Shown here in pieces: positions 39,320-53,019 of a stretch of DNA of 64,000 nucleotides. Positions within the stretch are counted from its first letter, which is position 1. Each line of letters begins with the position of its first letter. The DNA is from Octopus vulgaris (taxonomy: Eukaryota), in contig OX597835.1 of assembly GCA_951406725.2 (NCBI GenBank), forward strand, positions 46,128,001 to 46,192,000, written 5' to 3'. Both the position numbers and the translations under genes were made by a program. Below the pieces are notes generated by a model. That model was not told the origin of the DNA. It ran no database searches and was given only the letters and a program-made list of their open reading frames with translations.

Positions 39320-39530
39320 TTTTAAAATTTTGGCAGAAGGAGAGGAATTTTGAAGAAGGGGTTTAGTCGATTACAGTGATTCCAGTGCTCAACTGGTACT
39401 TATTTTATCGACATCGAAAGGATAAAAGGTAAAGTCGACCTCGCAGGAATTTAAACTCAGAACATACAGGCGGAGGAAATGCCGCTGAGCATTTCGCCCG
39501 ACGCGCTAACGGTTCTGACAGTTGGCAATC
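39320..39530 (-). mobile_element. SINE family B
   Basis: ACTGGTACTTATTTTATCGAC..GAAAGGATAAAAGGTAAAGTCGACCTCG. Confidence 0.8.
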
Positions 39531-39997
39531 CTGTAGTTTACAATATAATATAACAATTACAATATCGGTATTGACTTAAAGATCCTATTTAAAGAATCAC
39601 CGGAAAAAGGCTTCACTCAATTTACCATACTCATCGTCAAAGCGTACAGCAACTAATCAGAAATATTGTTACTCATCAAAAACATTTCAACTTCCATTAA
39701 CAACAGAGACACAAATGGCTTAACACAATCTTCAGTCTCAGTCACCCTCGGTATCACATATATCCGATGCTTATGATTGGAGAATTGTCATGGAAGAAAT
39801 GTTGAAATATATATCTTGAAATGTTTTAAAGGCGTGCTGCCTTACTTGCTTCAATCGTTAGACTGAAGCCATGCTGGAGCACCGCCTTGAGGTATATACG
39901 CTGCGTATATATATGGATTGTTTCGAAACTTTGCAGCTGTACATCTACAATTACATACATACATACATACATAGATACATAAGTACGCGCATCATAC

Positions 39998-40038
<41 letters not shown>

Positions 40039-40384
40039 CATCAAGCTACATGTGTGTATATGTGTGTGTGCACGTGTGTGTGCACGTGTGTGTGTATGTA
40101 TGTATACATAGATATAGATGTAAATATGTCTGTATGTACATATATGTACATGTATGTATGTGTGTGTCTCTATAGGCAAATATAATACAAAAACAAAAAT
40201 AAGAGCATAAACAGCAAAAGTCGAAATGGCGTACAAAGTGAATGTATTACGGTGACGCTCAGTTAAAATGGAGAAGAAAATACGCGTGTGCGTGGGAATG
40301 GACGTATTGAGCATGGCTTACGTACCAAGCATTTATCTATACATCCTTCGATATATATTTACACGTGCGTGTGCACACATGAAC

Positions 40385-40433
<49 letters not shown>

Positions 40434-40979
40434 TTTCGGGTTTTGAAAAGGGAAGCAAACAAAAAAAAGAACATTCGCAACAAGTACGCTTGCTTCACTG
40501 TAAAGTTTACAATGTCATGCTATAATATCAAGTTTGAAGATATGCTATGATAAATAAATTATGACATGCAAGATTAATGTCCACTTAGAAGTATCAAACA
40601 ACACGTTATTAGTTCCTCGAGTGTATATTATTTAATCCCATTTTATTTCGCTTTTTTCTTACATATATTGATAACGATAAAGTAATAATATACATATACA
40701 CATATATATATGTGTGCGTGCTTGCGTGTGTGTATGTGTGTATGTATATAGGTCGTTGGGTTATGTGTATTTGTATGTGTTTGTGCAGTGGAACTTAAGT
40801 ACAAACGCTGCAAATAATAAACACGTTATACATGACAACAAAAGCCCAGTTGAAAAGAATATGGAACTAGCGTTGATAAAAGAAAAGGGAAAAATCTTCC
40901 TGTTTGTAATGTTTGTTCTTGAGAGTGGTGTTAAAACCTTAAAACCGAAATAGTTCACATGCACGCAAAGGCAAGCACA

Positions 40980-41031
40980 TATATGGACGTATATATAAAT
41001 ATACATATATGTATATATATATACATATATG

Positions 41032-41064
<33 letters not shown>

Positions 41065-41075
41065 ATGTATACATA

Positions 41076-41125
<50 letters not shown>

Positions 41126-41159
41126 TATACACACATATACATGTACATATATATATATT

Positions 41160-41192
<33 letters not shown>

Positions 41193-41195
41193 TAT

Positions 41196-41245
<50 letters not shown>

Positions 41246-41254
41246 GGTATATAC

Positions 41255-41338
<84 letters not shown>

Positions 41339-41400
41339 TCAAACATGCATATATGAATGCATGTGTGTGTGTGTGCGTGTGTGTGCATACATATATATGT
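40980..41400. repeat. Long (TA)n-rich microsatellite
   Basis: Direct inspection. Confidence 0.9.
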
Positions 41401-41865
41401 AGGTATGTATGTGAGTGAGCGAGAAAGCATTTTGTGAAATAAGGATATTTTCTAAACATGCTCGGAAAGATGGATATGCAGTAAATTGTGTTCACACTTT
41501 TAGTTTTTTTTTGTATTACCGCATATGCAAAAAATTACATTTGAGTATGGCTGTGAACGTTTGTATTGTATTAACCTTTTGTCACTGTTTTACGCTTATC
41601 CATTGTTTATGTTGAGTGCTTATCTGTAAATATATGTTCCCTCGTTCGAGTTAACTGTAACAAAAACTTCCTCCATGTTTTACTTTTTCCTCCTCCTATT
41701 CTATTATTGTTTAGTTTTCAGTTTCGTTCTTCGTATAAAGTTTATTTCCCCAAATATTTGTGTTATGATTATTTTGTTATTTCGTCTTTCATGTAACCTA
41801 CTTATGTGTATATGCCAATATATATATATATATATATATAATAAGTGTGTTTATACATATATATA

Positions 41866-41978
<113 letters not shown>

Positions 41979-41997
41979 CATACATACATACATACAT

Positions 41998-42290
41998 GGA
42001 GGCGCAATGGCCCAGTGGTTAGGGCAGCGGACTCGCGGTCGGAGGATCGTGGTTTCGATTCCCAGACCGGGCATTGTGTGTGTTTATTGAGCGAAAACAC
42101 CTAAAAGCTCCACGAGGCTCCGGCAGGGGGTGGCGATCCCTGCTGTATTCTTTCACCACTCTTTCTTTTGTTGGCCTGCTCGCTTAGCCAGCGGAGTTGC
42201 GTCATTCGAAGGCTAAAACAATTCGAACGCATTGTTACCAGCGATGTGTAGTAACATCTGATGGTCTGGTCGGTCACGTGATCACGTGAT
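41998..42290 (+). mobile_element. tRNA-derived SINE family C
   Basis: TGGCCCAGTGG A-box, GTTTCGATTCC B-box, TCACGTGA tandem tail. Confidence 0.8.
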
Positions 42291-42480
42291 AAATACATAC
42301 ACACATACGTATGTAATATGTTTATACAGATACTCACACTCAGACACACACAGAGACACGCGATTGTGAATAAATAAATAAATAAATGTGTGTGTGTGTA
42401 TGTGTGTGTATGTGTGTGTATGTGTGTAGTTCAAATTTACACAAAATAGTTGAGGCAACAGTAAGATCTATGTTTGAATA

Positions 42481-42533
<53 letters not shown>

Positions 42534-42673
42534 TATGAGAGAGTGACCACTATGTGGTCTACACTAGTGCTAAAAATAGATCCACTATGGTATAGCCACT
42601 AAAAAATTGTTTCCAATGAGAAATAACATAACATTTAACGTGGGGCAATTGAAAACTAACGGGAAAATAGATT

Positions 42674-42750
42674 AACCCTGAACAATTGTTTCATTATTAA
42701 AGTAAATGCAATTTTACTTACACAACATCTATAAATCATCAGCAGGGGTT
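42674..42750 (-). ncRNA. Type-I minimal hammerhead candidate
   Basis: Minus strand AACCCCTG-CTGATGA-[AT-rich stem II]-GAAAC-AATT-GT-T-CAGGGTT; stem II closing pair is poor. Confidence 0.6.
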
Positions 42751-43022
42751 TGTCTTAAATACAATTTATTAAATCGCTCGTTATATTTCGACGCAGCGCC
42801 AAAATACACGTGCGGTTCGATCAATTGCATTAATAGCTATGATTCAAATACCCCCGCCAAAAGTATGATAAGACTACTGGAAACGAGTACCGCATAAAAT
42901 ATTTACTGCAGTATGATTAATTAGTGGTCACTCTCTCATATTTATGTATAATTTTGTATTGTATCCCTGGTTTTTATGTGCTAAACCAGTTGGTGTTAAA
43001 TTGATGGTATTATTAAATTAAT

Positions 43023-43366
43023 TAAGTGAAGGCGCATGGCTCAGTGGTTAGAGCGTCGAGCTTACGATCGTGAGGTTGTGAGCTCGAATCCCGGACCGGG
43101 CTGCGTGTTGTGTTCTTGAGCAAGGCACTTTATTTCACGTTGCTCCAGTTCACTCAGCTCTAGAAATGAGTTGCGACGTCACTGGTGCCAAGCTGTTTCG
43201 ACCTTTGTCTTTCCCTTGGATAACACTGGTGGCGTGGAGAGGGGAGGCTGGTATGCATGGGCGACTGCTGGTCTTCCATAAACAACCTTGCCCGGACTTG
43301 TGTCTAGGAGGGTAACTTTCTAGGTGCAATCCCATGGTCATTCATGACCGAAGGGGGTCTTCACCC
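43023..43366 (+). mobile_element. tRNA-derived SINE family D with 13-bp target-site duplication
   Basis: TGGCTCAGTGG, GCTCGAATCCC, GTGTTCTTGAGCAAGGCACTT; TSD TTATTAAATTAAT at 43010-43022 and 43367-43379. Confidence 0.9.
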
Positions 43367-43575
43367 TTATTAAATTAATATCAAATTTTTCACCCTCATT
43401 TATAAATTTAATTTACAAGAGACGGACTAACGATTCCAGTCTGTTATATATTTTGAGTATTGTTATCACTAGCGATATCAAGATATAACTTTGTATTTTG
43501 TATTTTGTGTAGATGTATATATATATATAGATGTACATGTAATATGTACACATATATATACACATATATACATGC

Positions 43576-43615
43576 ACTAGCACTATGACCCGGCAACGAC
43601 GGGTCTTTAATGCTA

Positions 43616-43617
<2 letters not shown>
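43576..43617. mobile_element. Helitron 3'-end-like hairpin remnant
   Basis: ACTAGCA..GACCCG gcaacga CGGGTC..TGCTAGT. Confidence 0.45.
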
Positions 43618-43650
<33 letters not shown>

Positions 43651-44150
43651 GAGTGAGAAAGAGAGGTGTATGTATTTATATACGCATGTATGTATGTATT
43701 TATGAGTATGTGCAAGTACGTAAACTTAAAACTTAAACGTATTTGTTGTGTTTTTATATTACACCTTTTAAACATTATGTTTGTAAAGATTATTTTTTCT
43801 TTTCTTGCGAAAGCAAGGGAGTTTTCTGCATACAATTATTTCTTTTTGTTTGTTCTTTGTTTGTATTTTAGTTTGTTTGCGTATTTTCTTTCTTTTCCCT
43901 CTTCTTTCTACATGCATTACTTCAAGTCGTTCTCCGAAAACATTTCCGAGAAAATGTTATAAGTGAATTTGTTAAAATTGCAGATCAAAAGTTCACTGAG
44001 ACTATGTGTATCAATCAGTGTATATGCTAGTGTGTGTGTGTGTTTATATGTATGTGTGTATGCGTGTGTGTGTGTGTGTGCGTGTGTGTGTGTAGAAGCT
44101 TTTACCACCGATTTGAACGACACGAAGTTACTAAATTTTATATTTCGTAA

Positions 44151-44585
44151 AAGGCGGTATGCTGGCAGAATCGTTAGCACGCCGGCCGAAATGCTTAGCG
44201 GTATTTCGTCTGCAGTTACGTTCTCAGTTCAAATTCTGCCGAGGTCAACTTCGCCTTTCGTCCTTTTGAGGTCGATTAAATAAGTACCATTTACTCACTG
44301 GGATCGATATAATCGGCTTAATCCTTTTTTTCCTTGTTCGTCCTCTCTGTGAGTATCCCCTTGTGGGCAATAAAAAAATAAGAAACGTTAGCCTGTTGGG
44401 GGTGGGGAATGGTTAGCAGCATTTCGTCCGTATACACGTTCTCGGTTCAAACTCCACTAAGATCGTTTCTGCCTTTCATCCTTTCGGGGTCGATAAGCAA
44501 GTACCAGTTGAGCTCTATGGTCAATGTAATCAACTCACCTACTCTCTCCAAATTGCTTTCCTTGTGTAAAAATTTTAAATCAAAA
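44151..44585 (+). mobile_element. Dimeric SINE family B
   Basis: Same two-unit layout as 23606-24003. Confidence 0.85.
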
Positions 44586-44994
44586 TTTATATTTGCTACC
44601 CAGCTAAGACGAGGAGGTCTATGTTGTCATTTGGTCCGATAGAATTAACGGGCAAATTTTCTTTGAAATCACGCCAAGCCCTTAAGTTCCTTGAACACTC
44701 GGCTTTGGAAAATGTACTTATAGATTTATATATAATAAAGAAAAACGAATTAGTACAATCAAGGTTGAAATACATATTCATGGCCCTCCTTAGTAACGTT
44801 TTTCCTAAACCCTTAACAAGAACTATAACAAAAACTGTTATGTAGAAGCCAACGACTTTCGTCAGCTAGTCTGGGATATTCAGCAGCCAACATGAGAGAA
44901 CAGCCGACTCCTGAATTGGAAGTACCCATGAGACAAAGAGGGACCATCACTAAATCTCAGACCATGCGTGTGTCCGTATTTTTTCATTTTTAAA

Positions 44995-45160
44995 TCTATT
45001 TTAGTCGAACAAATCGACCCCAGGACATTTTTAATCCCGATACTTATTCTATCGGTATCTTTTGCCGAAGCACAGAGTTACGGGGACGTCACAAACCAAC
45101 ACAGATTGTCAAGTGGTAGAGGTGGGGGACAAACACAGACAGAAAGACACACATATATAT
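44995..45160 (-). mobile_element. Partial SINE family A
   Basis: TTAGTCGAACAAATCGACCCC..TTTTGCCGAA..GGGGACAAACACAGAC. Confidence 0.7.
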
Positions 45161-45165
45161 GAGGT

Positions 45166-45200
<35 letters not shown>

Positions 45201-45225
45201 ATGTGTATGTATATATATACATATG

Positions 45226-45429
45226 CTCTTTTACTTGTTTCAGTCATGTGACTGTGGCCATGTTGGAGCACCGCCTTTAGTCGAAAAAAATCGACCCAGG
45301 ACTTATTCTCTGTATGCCTAGAACTTATTCTATCGGTCTCTTTTGCCGAACCGCTAAGTTACGGGGACGTAAACACACCAGCATCGGTTGTCAAGCGATA
45401 TTGGGGGACAAACACAGACACACAAACAT

Positions 45430-45496
<67 letters not shown>

Positions 45497-45600
45497 AGGC
45501 TATAGTAGAAGACACTTGCCCAAGGTGCCACGCAGTGGGACTGAACCCGGAACCGTGTGGTTCGTAAGCAAGCTACTTAACATACAGCCACTCTTACGCA
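45226..45600 (-). mobile_element. SINE family A with internal deletion
   Basis: Tail and head present; the segment between (TA)n and GCTATAGTAGAAG is missing. Confidence 0.85.
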
Positions 45601-45610
45601 TATGTATACG

Positions 45611-45667
<57 letters not shown>

Positions 45668-45936
45668 GTATATATATATGTATATATATATGTATATATA
45701 TATATATATATACACATACACTCACACACGCACACACTCATATGTATACATGCATACATATATATATGCATTCTCCACGTTTTTTTTTTCTTTTTTCACT
45801 CCGCGCAAATTTGTCTTCGTCGCCACTACTGTAAAGCGGCCTTTTAACACTTATGCATGTTTCCTTTGACGACGGTTGTCGTTTGACAGATATTGTTATC
45901 TTTCGAAGTCGTCGAAAGAATGGTTCTATCTGGCAC

Positions 45937-46174
45937 TGTGTGGCCCCCAATCGTATAGTGTTATTATTCTCAAAATTTTGTATCGTTACAGCGTCCAACT
46001 CAGTACCACAGTATAATTACTATATCAGCCCAGACACGACTCTCAACACACTCTATACGTACTCTCGAACTTCTGACCTTCTCTTGCCTTCTGCCGTCGA
46101 CCGCCTCTTGGTCTATTTATAATGGCTGGTTACTACCACTTTTTACCGGGAGGGGTGTACAGTTTCACTATACA
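45937..46174 (-). mobile_element. Possible solo LTR
   Basis: TG...CA ends with imperfect IR (TGTGTGG/CTATACA), flanks GCAC/GCAG, TATAAATA on the minus strand. Confidence 0.4.
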
Positions 46175-46935
46175 GCAGTATTATAGAGAGATCTTTATCA
46201 AGGGACCAATTTCTACCATATATGTGACCTGTGACTAAACAACAGCACACAGTCAAACAGATTCATTTTAACGTAATGTTTACATTCAATCATTAATAAA
46301 TTCCGATTTTGGAGTCTTCTCCCTTGCATTTCTAGACAAGACTCATGACACAGAACGCTAATGAATTTTCTCTTCACTACAGAGAAATTTTAATCAATTA
46401 AGAAAAATGAGAGAAAAATACAGGGCTCTACCTGCATTAAGTCTGTTAAACCTCACTTAATTCCATGTTCGTGTAGTGGCTTCGCTTGGGTGAGGCTAGT
46501 TTACTTTATCAACTACTTGAATTCAATCTTAAAGTATTGGTCGGTCAGGGGCTGTACTACGAGACATATTAAACACGTGGCTGTAAAACCGGCTTCTGGA
46601 CCCCAGGGTAATGCTTAAACAAAATTAAACAAAATATATAGCGAAATAATCTCTGAGTTAACATTTAGCCAGCACTTCATGAATGAGAATGTCGTTAGAT
46701 CGACGATGATATCTAAATGAATGAAATAATACAGTATAAGATATCTCATATGATAAATGTGATCGCAATATATCGACGCGAATGTTATGTAATCTTGGTT
46801 TCTGCAAACTTTGCTGCATTGCCCTTATCAGTTTTATAGATATACAGTGCATATCAAAAGAGCGTGATATATATACTTGTAAGTGCGTAAGTATGTGTAT
46901 ATATATATGTATATATGCATGTATGTATGTATACT

Positions 46936-46993
<58 letters not shown>

Positions 46994-47391
46994 GCACACA
47001 CATTCATACATGCATATATTAAAACACACGTGGGGAATTCTACAAGCGACTGTTTAGATAACTCTGAGGCTTTCATGTCGTGCCTCCATCTCTTCAAGAG
47101 TACATTCCAATGACTAAAAGACGTGGGTTTATAATTCCTACGAAGAAACTATCATTGCGCCGTATATCGACTTTGTACTGTATCTTATCATATGCATCTA
47201 TCATATATGTATATGTTTGTGGGTACACGCGTGTGTGTGTGTGTGTCTGGCTTTGGTCTAATTATCTTATTTCATTTGTTTTATCTAGTGTGATGTTGCT
47301 ACTCTTAACTGGTTTTCCTTAACACATTTTCTAAGCCAAATTACATGTTTATTTGGTAAATCCACGCAAATCCAATTAATATTATTATTAT

Positions 47392-47561
47392 TATTATTAT
47401 TCAGTAGTTTTATTGTTATAGCGTGCTTTCACTTCACTACCGAGCGCAGCTCTGTGTGCCTTGGGTATGTGCTGTGATTTGTTGTGATGCTCTGATGGTT
47501 ATTGTATGGAAAGTGTTCTGCGTAGGATGTGTGCAGTGCCTAGTAGTGCAATTTTCTGTAT
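47392..47561 (-). mobile_element. R4/Dong-clade LINE 3' end in (TAA)n
   Basis: Minus strand IQKIALLGTAHILRRTLSIQ*, short UTR, TAA repeats on both sides. Confidence 0.8.
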
Positions 47562-47586
47562 TTTTATTATTATTTTATTATTATTA

Positions 47587-47663
<77 letters not shown>

Positions 47664-47693
47664 GCATCATCATGATCATTATTATTATTGATG

Positions 47694-47748
<55 letters not shown>

Positions 47749-47779
47749 ACTAGGTCATTTTGTGTGAGAGAACATAAGA

Positions 47780-48480
47780 TATAATATATCTATGTAATTA
47801 ATTTTTATAATTAAACTTATTTTCTGCATTTTCAGTGTCCTAATACCTGCAGATAACGATACATGCATATGTTTTAAAGACATATATTCCGTTTTCTTAA
47901 CATTTTTGTACAGTTCAATTTTAGCAGCTGATATTCTTGATCTATTTCATTAGACATCAGTTCTATATCATCAGCGAATCCAGGTTTGTGAGGGTTACTG
48001 CTGGTAGTCTCTGTGGTGTTTGCCAGTCTATGGTGAAGCCAAGGCCCTCGCTACTGTTGTCTATAGCCTGCCGCATTCTATAAATTCAATAAAATTGCAA
48101 ACTGGTAAGGTGTAAGCGTAGCTACCTGTAGCACCCGAGCTTTTTGTCAGATGACTACACACGAGCTCTGGTTTTCTCGTAGTTCTTTGGAATGCCGTAT
48201 GCTCGAAGTATCTTCGACATTTTGTAACGAGGGATGCTGCCAAACAATTTTCTGAAGACAATGAATGTTACAATGGCAGATAGCTGTCTTGATTTAACTC
48301 CTATGATACACCTCAGGCCTAAGATCTGAGATGTTGTGAATCTCTCTGGTCTAAATCCATTATGATTTAGGCTCAGATGGCTATCAAGCACCAATGGAAT
48401 TCTGTCGAGGATCATTCGGTTGATGCGTTTGTGTGAGGTATTACACTGTAATTAGTTCCATTACTTAGGTTACCAATTGA
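47780..48480 (-). pseudogene. Decayed RTE RT fragment
   Basis: NGFRPERFTTSQILGLR..VTFIVFRKLFGSI..KILRAYGIP; FADDIELMS. Confidence 0.8.
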
Positions 48481-48669
48481 TACATATTTGTTCTAGTTTC
48501 AACTCAAGAGCCATGGCCATGTAGTAACATCGCTAAAGGATGTTCCTTCGGCTCTATTAATCTTCGATTAATAGTTGGTATTTGGGGAATAAGAAAAGTT
48601 TGATACTGCTGCCTTCATTTCCGCCTCCTACCCTGAAGCTGGCTAATTTGGTATTCTTGACAGTAATTC

Positions 48670-50010
48670 ATCCCAGTCTAGTTTCAAGACATCGGCATTC
48701 GCACATTGGAGGTCTTTGAGCCCCTTCAAGTGTATTGTAAAATTTTGGGCTCTTGAATCCCAAGATATTGCAGGATCTGATCCTGTATTTTAGCGGCAAG
48801 AGAAGGATTTTAGGCACAATATAATGGCACCCTGTTCTATCATTTGCATAATTTTCAACGTCAAAGGTTTGGATACGTCCTTCCAGGATCTTCAAGATGT
48901 ATAATGCATATGTATATTGCAGCTTTTTCCACCTTCATCCCAAGAAGAAAAGTGGATTTGGGCACATCGAAGTAGGCCATTTTGAACGGCAGTGTCAAAA
49001 GACAATGCCCTGTGGGACACCACTAATCATTTACGTTTCTCTGCAGGCAGCACCATTAAATACTAGTCTTACCCTGTAGCCAATTTGGAGCGTTGAGGCT
49101 ACCTTCTTCAAATACCTTCACTCAACCGCTTTAAGCACCGTCACTAATGTCACGTTGTCTCGTGATCAAAGGTGGGAGCAATAGTCAAGACGGCTTAGGA
49201 CAAATAGTTTCTTGCTCTCCCGTTTTGTAGGTCTAAGTATCCACCCGGCCATTTCATTGCCATCTCATTAGTGTGTACATGGAATGATGCATCACTTCTC
49301 ATGTCAAAACCCAGGTCACGCACTGTTTATATTCTAGAACTGCGTTTCCTCAAGGTCCAATGAATTTTATCTGCATGGCTTTTAATTGTGTCAACTGATA
49401 GCGTAGTGCTTGGAGCTTTCCAACATTAAACTGAATATAATTGTCGTCAGCCCACTTGTATATTACACCTAACTCTTGTTGCAGGTGCGTGCCATCTTTA
49501 GGGTTTTGCATTACCGTTTGTTTCATCTGCATAGCTTGTGAGAGTGGCTTTCTGTGTGGATTTGGGCATATCGAAGTGGGCCATTTTGAACGGCAGTGGC
49601 AAAAGACAATGCCCTGTGGGACACCACTAATCATTTACGTTTCTTTGCAGGCAGCACCATTAAATACTAGTCTACGATTTCTGTCTTTCAGACAGTCGTG
49701 TAGCCTTCCTCGTAGATTTCCAACTAAGCCGAGATCATGCAGTTTATGAGATATCGACTTAATAATCGACTTTATGGAAGACCTTCATAAATTTGGGATA
49801 TAACAGGTCCGTATTTGAGTGGTCAAGTAGCTGCTTCAACAACCAGTCATAGTATTGGAAAAGCCGTGTCAGGAATCCTTCTTCCTGGACGGAAAGCATG
49901 CTGGGTGTCAGTTAGAAATTCATTCTCTTCGAGGAACATGATTAGTTTCCTTCGGAATATCCGTTCCAGGATTCCGCTGATAGGATTATAGAATTTGGCA
50001 TCCGCTCTTC
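48670..50010 (-). pseudogene. Decayed CR1-group LINE ORF2
   Basis: QHAFRPGR, SGVPQG, LQQELGVIYKWADDNYIQFNVGK, RDLG, KILEG; frameshifts. Confidence 0.8.
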
Positions 50011-50030
50011 TACCATCATATGTGTGTGTT

Positions 50031-50086
<56 letters not shown>

Positions 50087-50224
50087 AGTGCGTTCTTGTG
50101 TGTATGTGTGTGTAAGCCTCCATATATTTGTGTGTTTGCGTGTGCGTGAGTGTGTGTAACCCTATGCAACTTCAAACACATTCCCTGTCTTTTTATTTAC
50201 TCATTTCCAAGTCAATGCCGCCCA

Positions 50225-50261
50225 ACACACACACACACACACACACACATACACACACACA

Positions 50262-50302
<41 letters not shown>

Positions 50303-50373
50303 ACACACACACGCACGCACACATACACACACACACACACACGCACACACACATACACACACGCACGCACACA

Positions 50374-50459
<86 letters not shown>

Positions 50460-50483
50460 CACATACACACACGCACGCACACA

Positions 50484-50522
<39 letters not shown>
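50225..50522. repeat. ~300-bp (CA)n tract
   Basis: Direct inspection. Confidence 0.95.
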
Positions 50523-50526
<4 letters not shown>

Positions 50527-51601
50527 CTTTATGTTGGACAGATCCGTTGATTGTATTTCCGCTTTATTATCTCAGAAACTGCTGATCTAAGAAATGTTGC
50601 CATTCTATGATTGATTACCAAACAATTTCAAACAAGACAATGCCAAATTATTTTTGATACTCATTTTTATCCTTCTTTCTTTCTTTATTCTCTTTCTTTT
50701 TGTTCCTCCTCTTTTTCTGCTTCTAAATTTCGACACCTTTAACGAGTTATTTTGATATATGTTAGGTTAAATTTAAAATAAAATCACTTATACGGAAAAC
50801 CAAATGATATAAAAATAAGTTCAAACATATAAATTCATAAACACATAATTTCTGTCAGATGTAGTTTTGTTTGATTTTCTTTGTTATTTGTGACAAATAC
50901 ATTTAAGTACTGACTTAGATCGCAACATCTGCACTGAACACATATAGCTTTATAGTCACATAATAACTTTCTAATATTACAAGCCATAATAGTTAGAGTA
51001 ATGCAAAATGGATTCTGTTATTTATCACATGCGTTGGAGACATACGCATACATGGTAATATAAATTGTTTCAAAAATGAATATCTAATAATATTTAATAG
51101 TATAAAATACATTAAATAAATTGCTACAATCACACAAAAGCACACACAAGTTGACGTCTACAGAGAAAGAACGAAAATAGTGCAATAATGTTGTACAAAT
51201 CAAATTATATACGTAATCTGGCGTTTGGTCAAAAAGTTCTGCCTCGTAACCATGTTGTTTTCGGTTCGATTCAGATCAATACTAGAATCGGGAGATTATC
51301 TCTCCCATTGAAGTGGAGTTGGTCATAACTGCTATTTGGTAATTACGATATATGCCCTCAAGGCAGAGACAGTGTCACTGAATCAAGAATTTTATTGGAT
51401 ATTGAAACACTGGTATTCCTCTATGCTATGCAAATATATGTCACTGACCGCTTAGAGGTACATCTCGTATATCACTAAAGATTTCACACACACACACACA
51501 TACACACACATACACACACATATAAATATATGTGTGTGTATGTGTTTATATATATATATATATATATACATATATACATACATATATATGTATATATATA
51601 C

Positions 51602-51714
<113 letters not shown>

Positions 51715-51879
51715 TAGTTATCGCTAAGCTAATATGGTAGTCTATAAATATAAGACTAAAGCTGCCGCTGATTAGCTCTAAGAGACCATCGCCTCTAGCT
51801 ATCTATATGACACACGAACCTGCGTCCATTATGGTCTTCAAACAGAGGAGGTCAGCCGCTTCCCCTTGCTGGTCAGACA

Positions 51880-51922
51880 TCTGCAGACATGTTTCAGGGT
51901 AGTTGCCTTTTATCAATGCAGA
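51880..51922 (-). ncRNA. Decayed or variant type-I hammerhead in a TA-adjacent element (~51715-52000)
   Basis: Minus strand TCTGCA-TTGATAA-AAGG caacta CCCT-GAAAC-AT-GTC-TGCAGA. Confidence 0.55.
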
Positions 51923-52053
51923 GTAGTCAGACCCAGCAGGTATCGCTACCGACCGTCTGTTCGAAGGATTTATTTACCTAATTTCATCCACTTGTTTTAG
52001 ATACAAACACACACGCACACATATATATATATTCTTTTATTCTTTTATTCTTT

Positions 52054-52112
<59 letters not shown>

Positions 52113-52115
<3 letters not shown>

Positions 52116-52538
52116 GCAAGCTTTGCTGTGTTAAGAGGCTTGTCTTCCAGCCCGGGTGGGTTCAGTCCCACTGCATCGCCCCTTGGGTAAGTATCTTCTA
52201 CTGTGGATTCTGACCTACCAAAGCCTTGTGAATGAATTTGGCAAACAGACATTTAGAGAAGCCTGTCGTATGCATGTACACATACATACAAACATGTATA
52301 TATATTTTTTCTCTGTATGTGTCTGTATTTTTCACCCACCGTCACTTGACAACCGATGGCGGTGTGTTTATGTCTCTGTAACATAGCCATACAGCTAAAG
52401 AGATCAATACAATAAGCACTAGGTTAGCAAAGAATAAGTTCTGAAGTCGATTTCTTCGATTAAAACCCTTTAAAGCCGCGCTCCAGCATGGCCGCATTTA
52501 AATGACTGAAACAAATAAAAGAATAAAAGAATAAAAGA

Positions 52539-52540
<2 letters not shown>
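52113..52540 (+). mobile_element. Degenerate SINE family A
   Basis: GGGTTCAGTCCCACTGC, CTTGACAACCGATG, CTCCAGCATGGCCGCA. Confidence 0.8.
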
Positions 52541-52583
<43 letters not shown>

Positions 52584-52814
52584 TATCTAAAATGTTTGTA
52601 AATGTATATAAAGAGATAAGCATACACGGTTGCACGTACACGCACAGCACACATATACATTGGCAGGTACCTAGAGGCAGGCAAACAAGTAGACCCGTGT
52701 TCGCTTCTGGGTGCACTGTATTTGAATAATCTACAACATACGAAGCTTCATCATTTAGTATCAATTACAATAACAACAAAAATAAAAATGAGAGCCATAT
52801 TTATCCTCTCAATT

Positions 52815-52985
52815 ATAGGAACAAGGCCTAAAATTTTGGGGAAAGGAGCGTGTCGGTTTCATTGACCCTATTTCTCTACTTGTATATATTTTATTGGCCC
52901 GAAGACGATTAAAAGCAAATCCGATCCCGGCCGAAATTGAACTCAGAACAAACAGACAGAGGAAGTGTTTTGGCTGGCGTACAAA
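52815..52985 (-). mobile_element. Degenerate SINE family B
   Basis: GGAACAAGGCC..AATTTTGGGG..TTGAACTCAGAAC. Confidence 0.5.
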
Positions 52986-53019
52986 ACAGTTATCCACCTT
53001 AATAACAATTTATCTCAAA

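Larger units (their letters stand above)
42531..43410 (-). mobile_element. PLE pLTR-like element with hammerhead and 22-bp inverted end copy
   Basis: AAATATGAGAGAGTGACCACTA (42531-42552) inverted at ~42922-42943; hammerhead at 42674-42750; interrupted by SINE D; right boundary approximate. Confidence 0.55.

Noticed and set aside
41998-43100. tRNA genes at the SINE heads
   Set aside because: A/B boxes are present but there is no complete acceptor stem and each continues into a SINE body.
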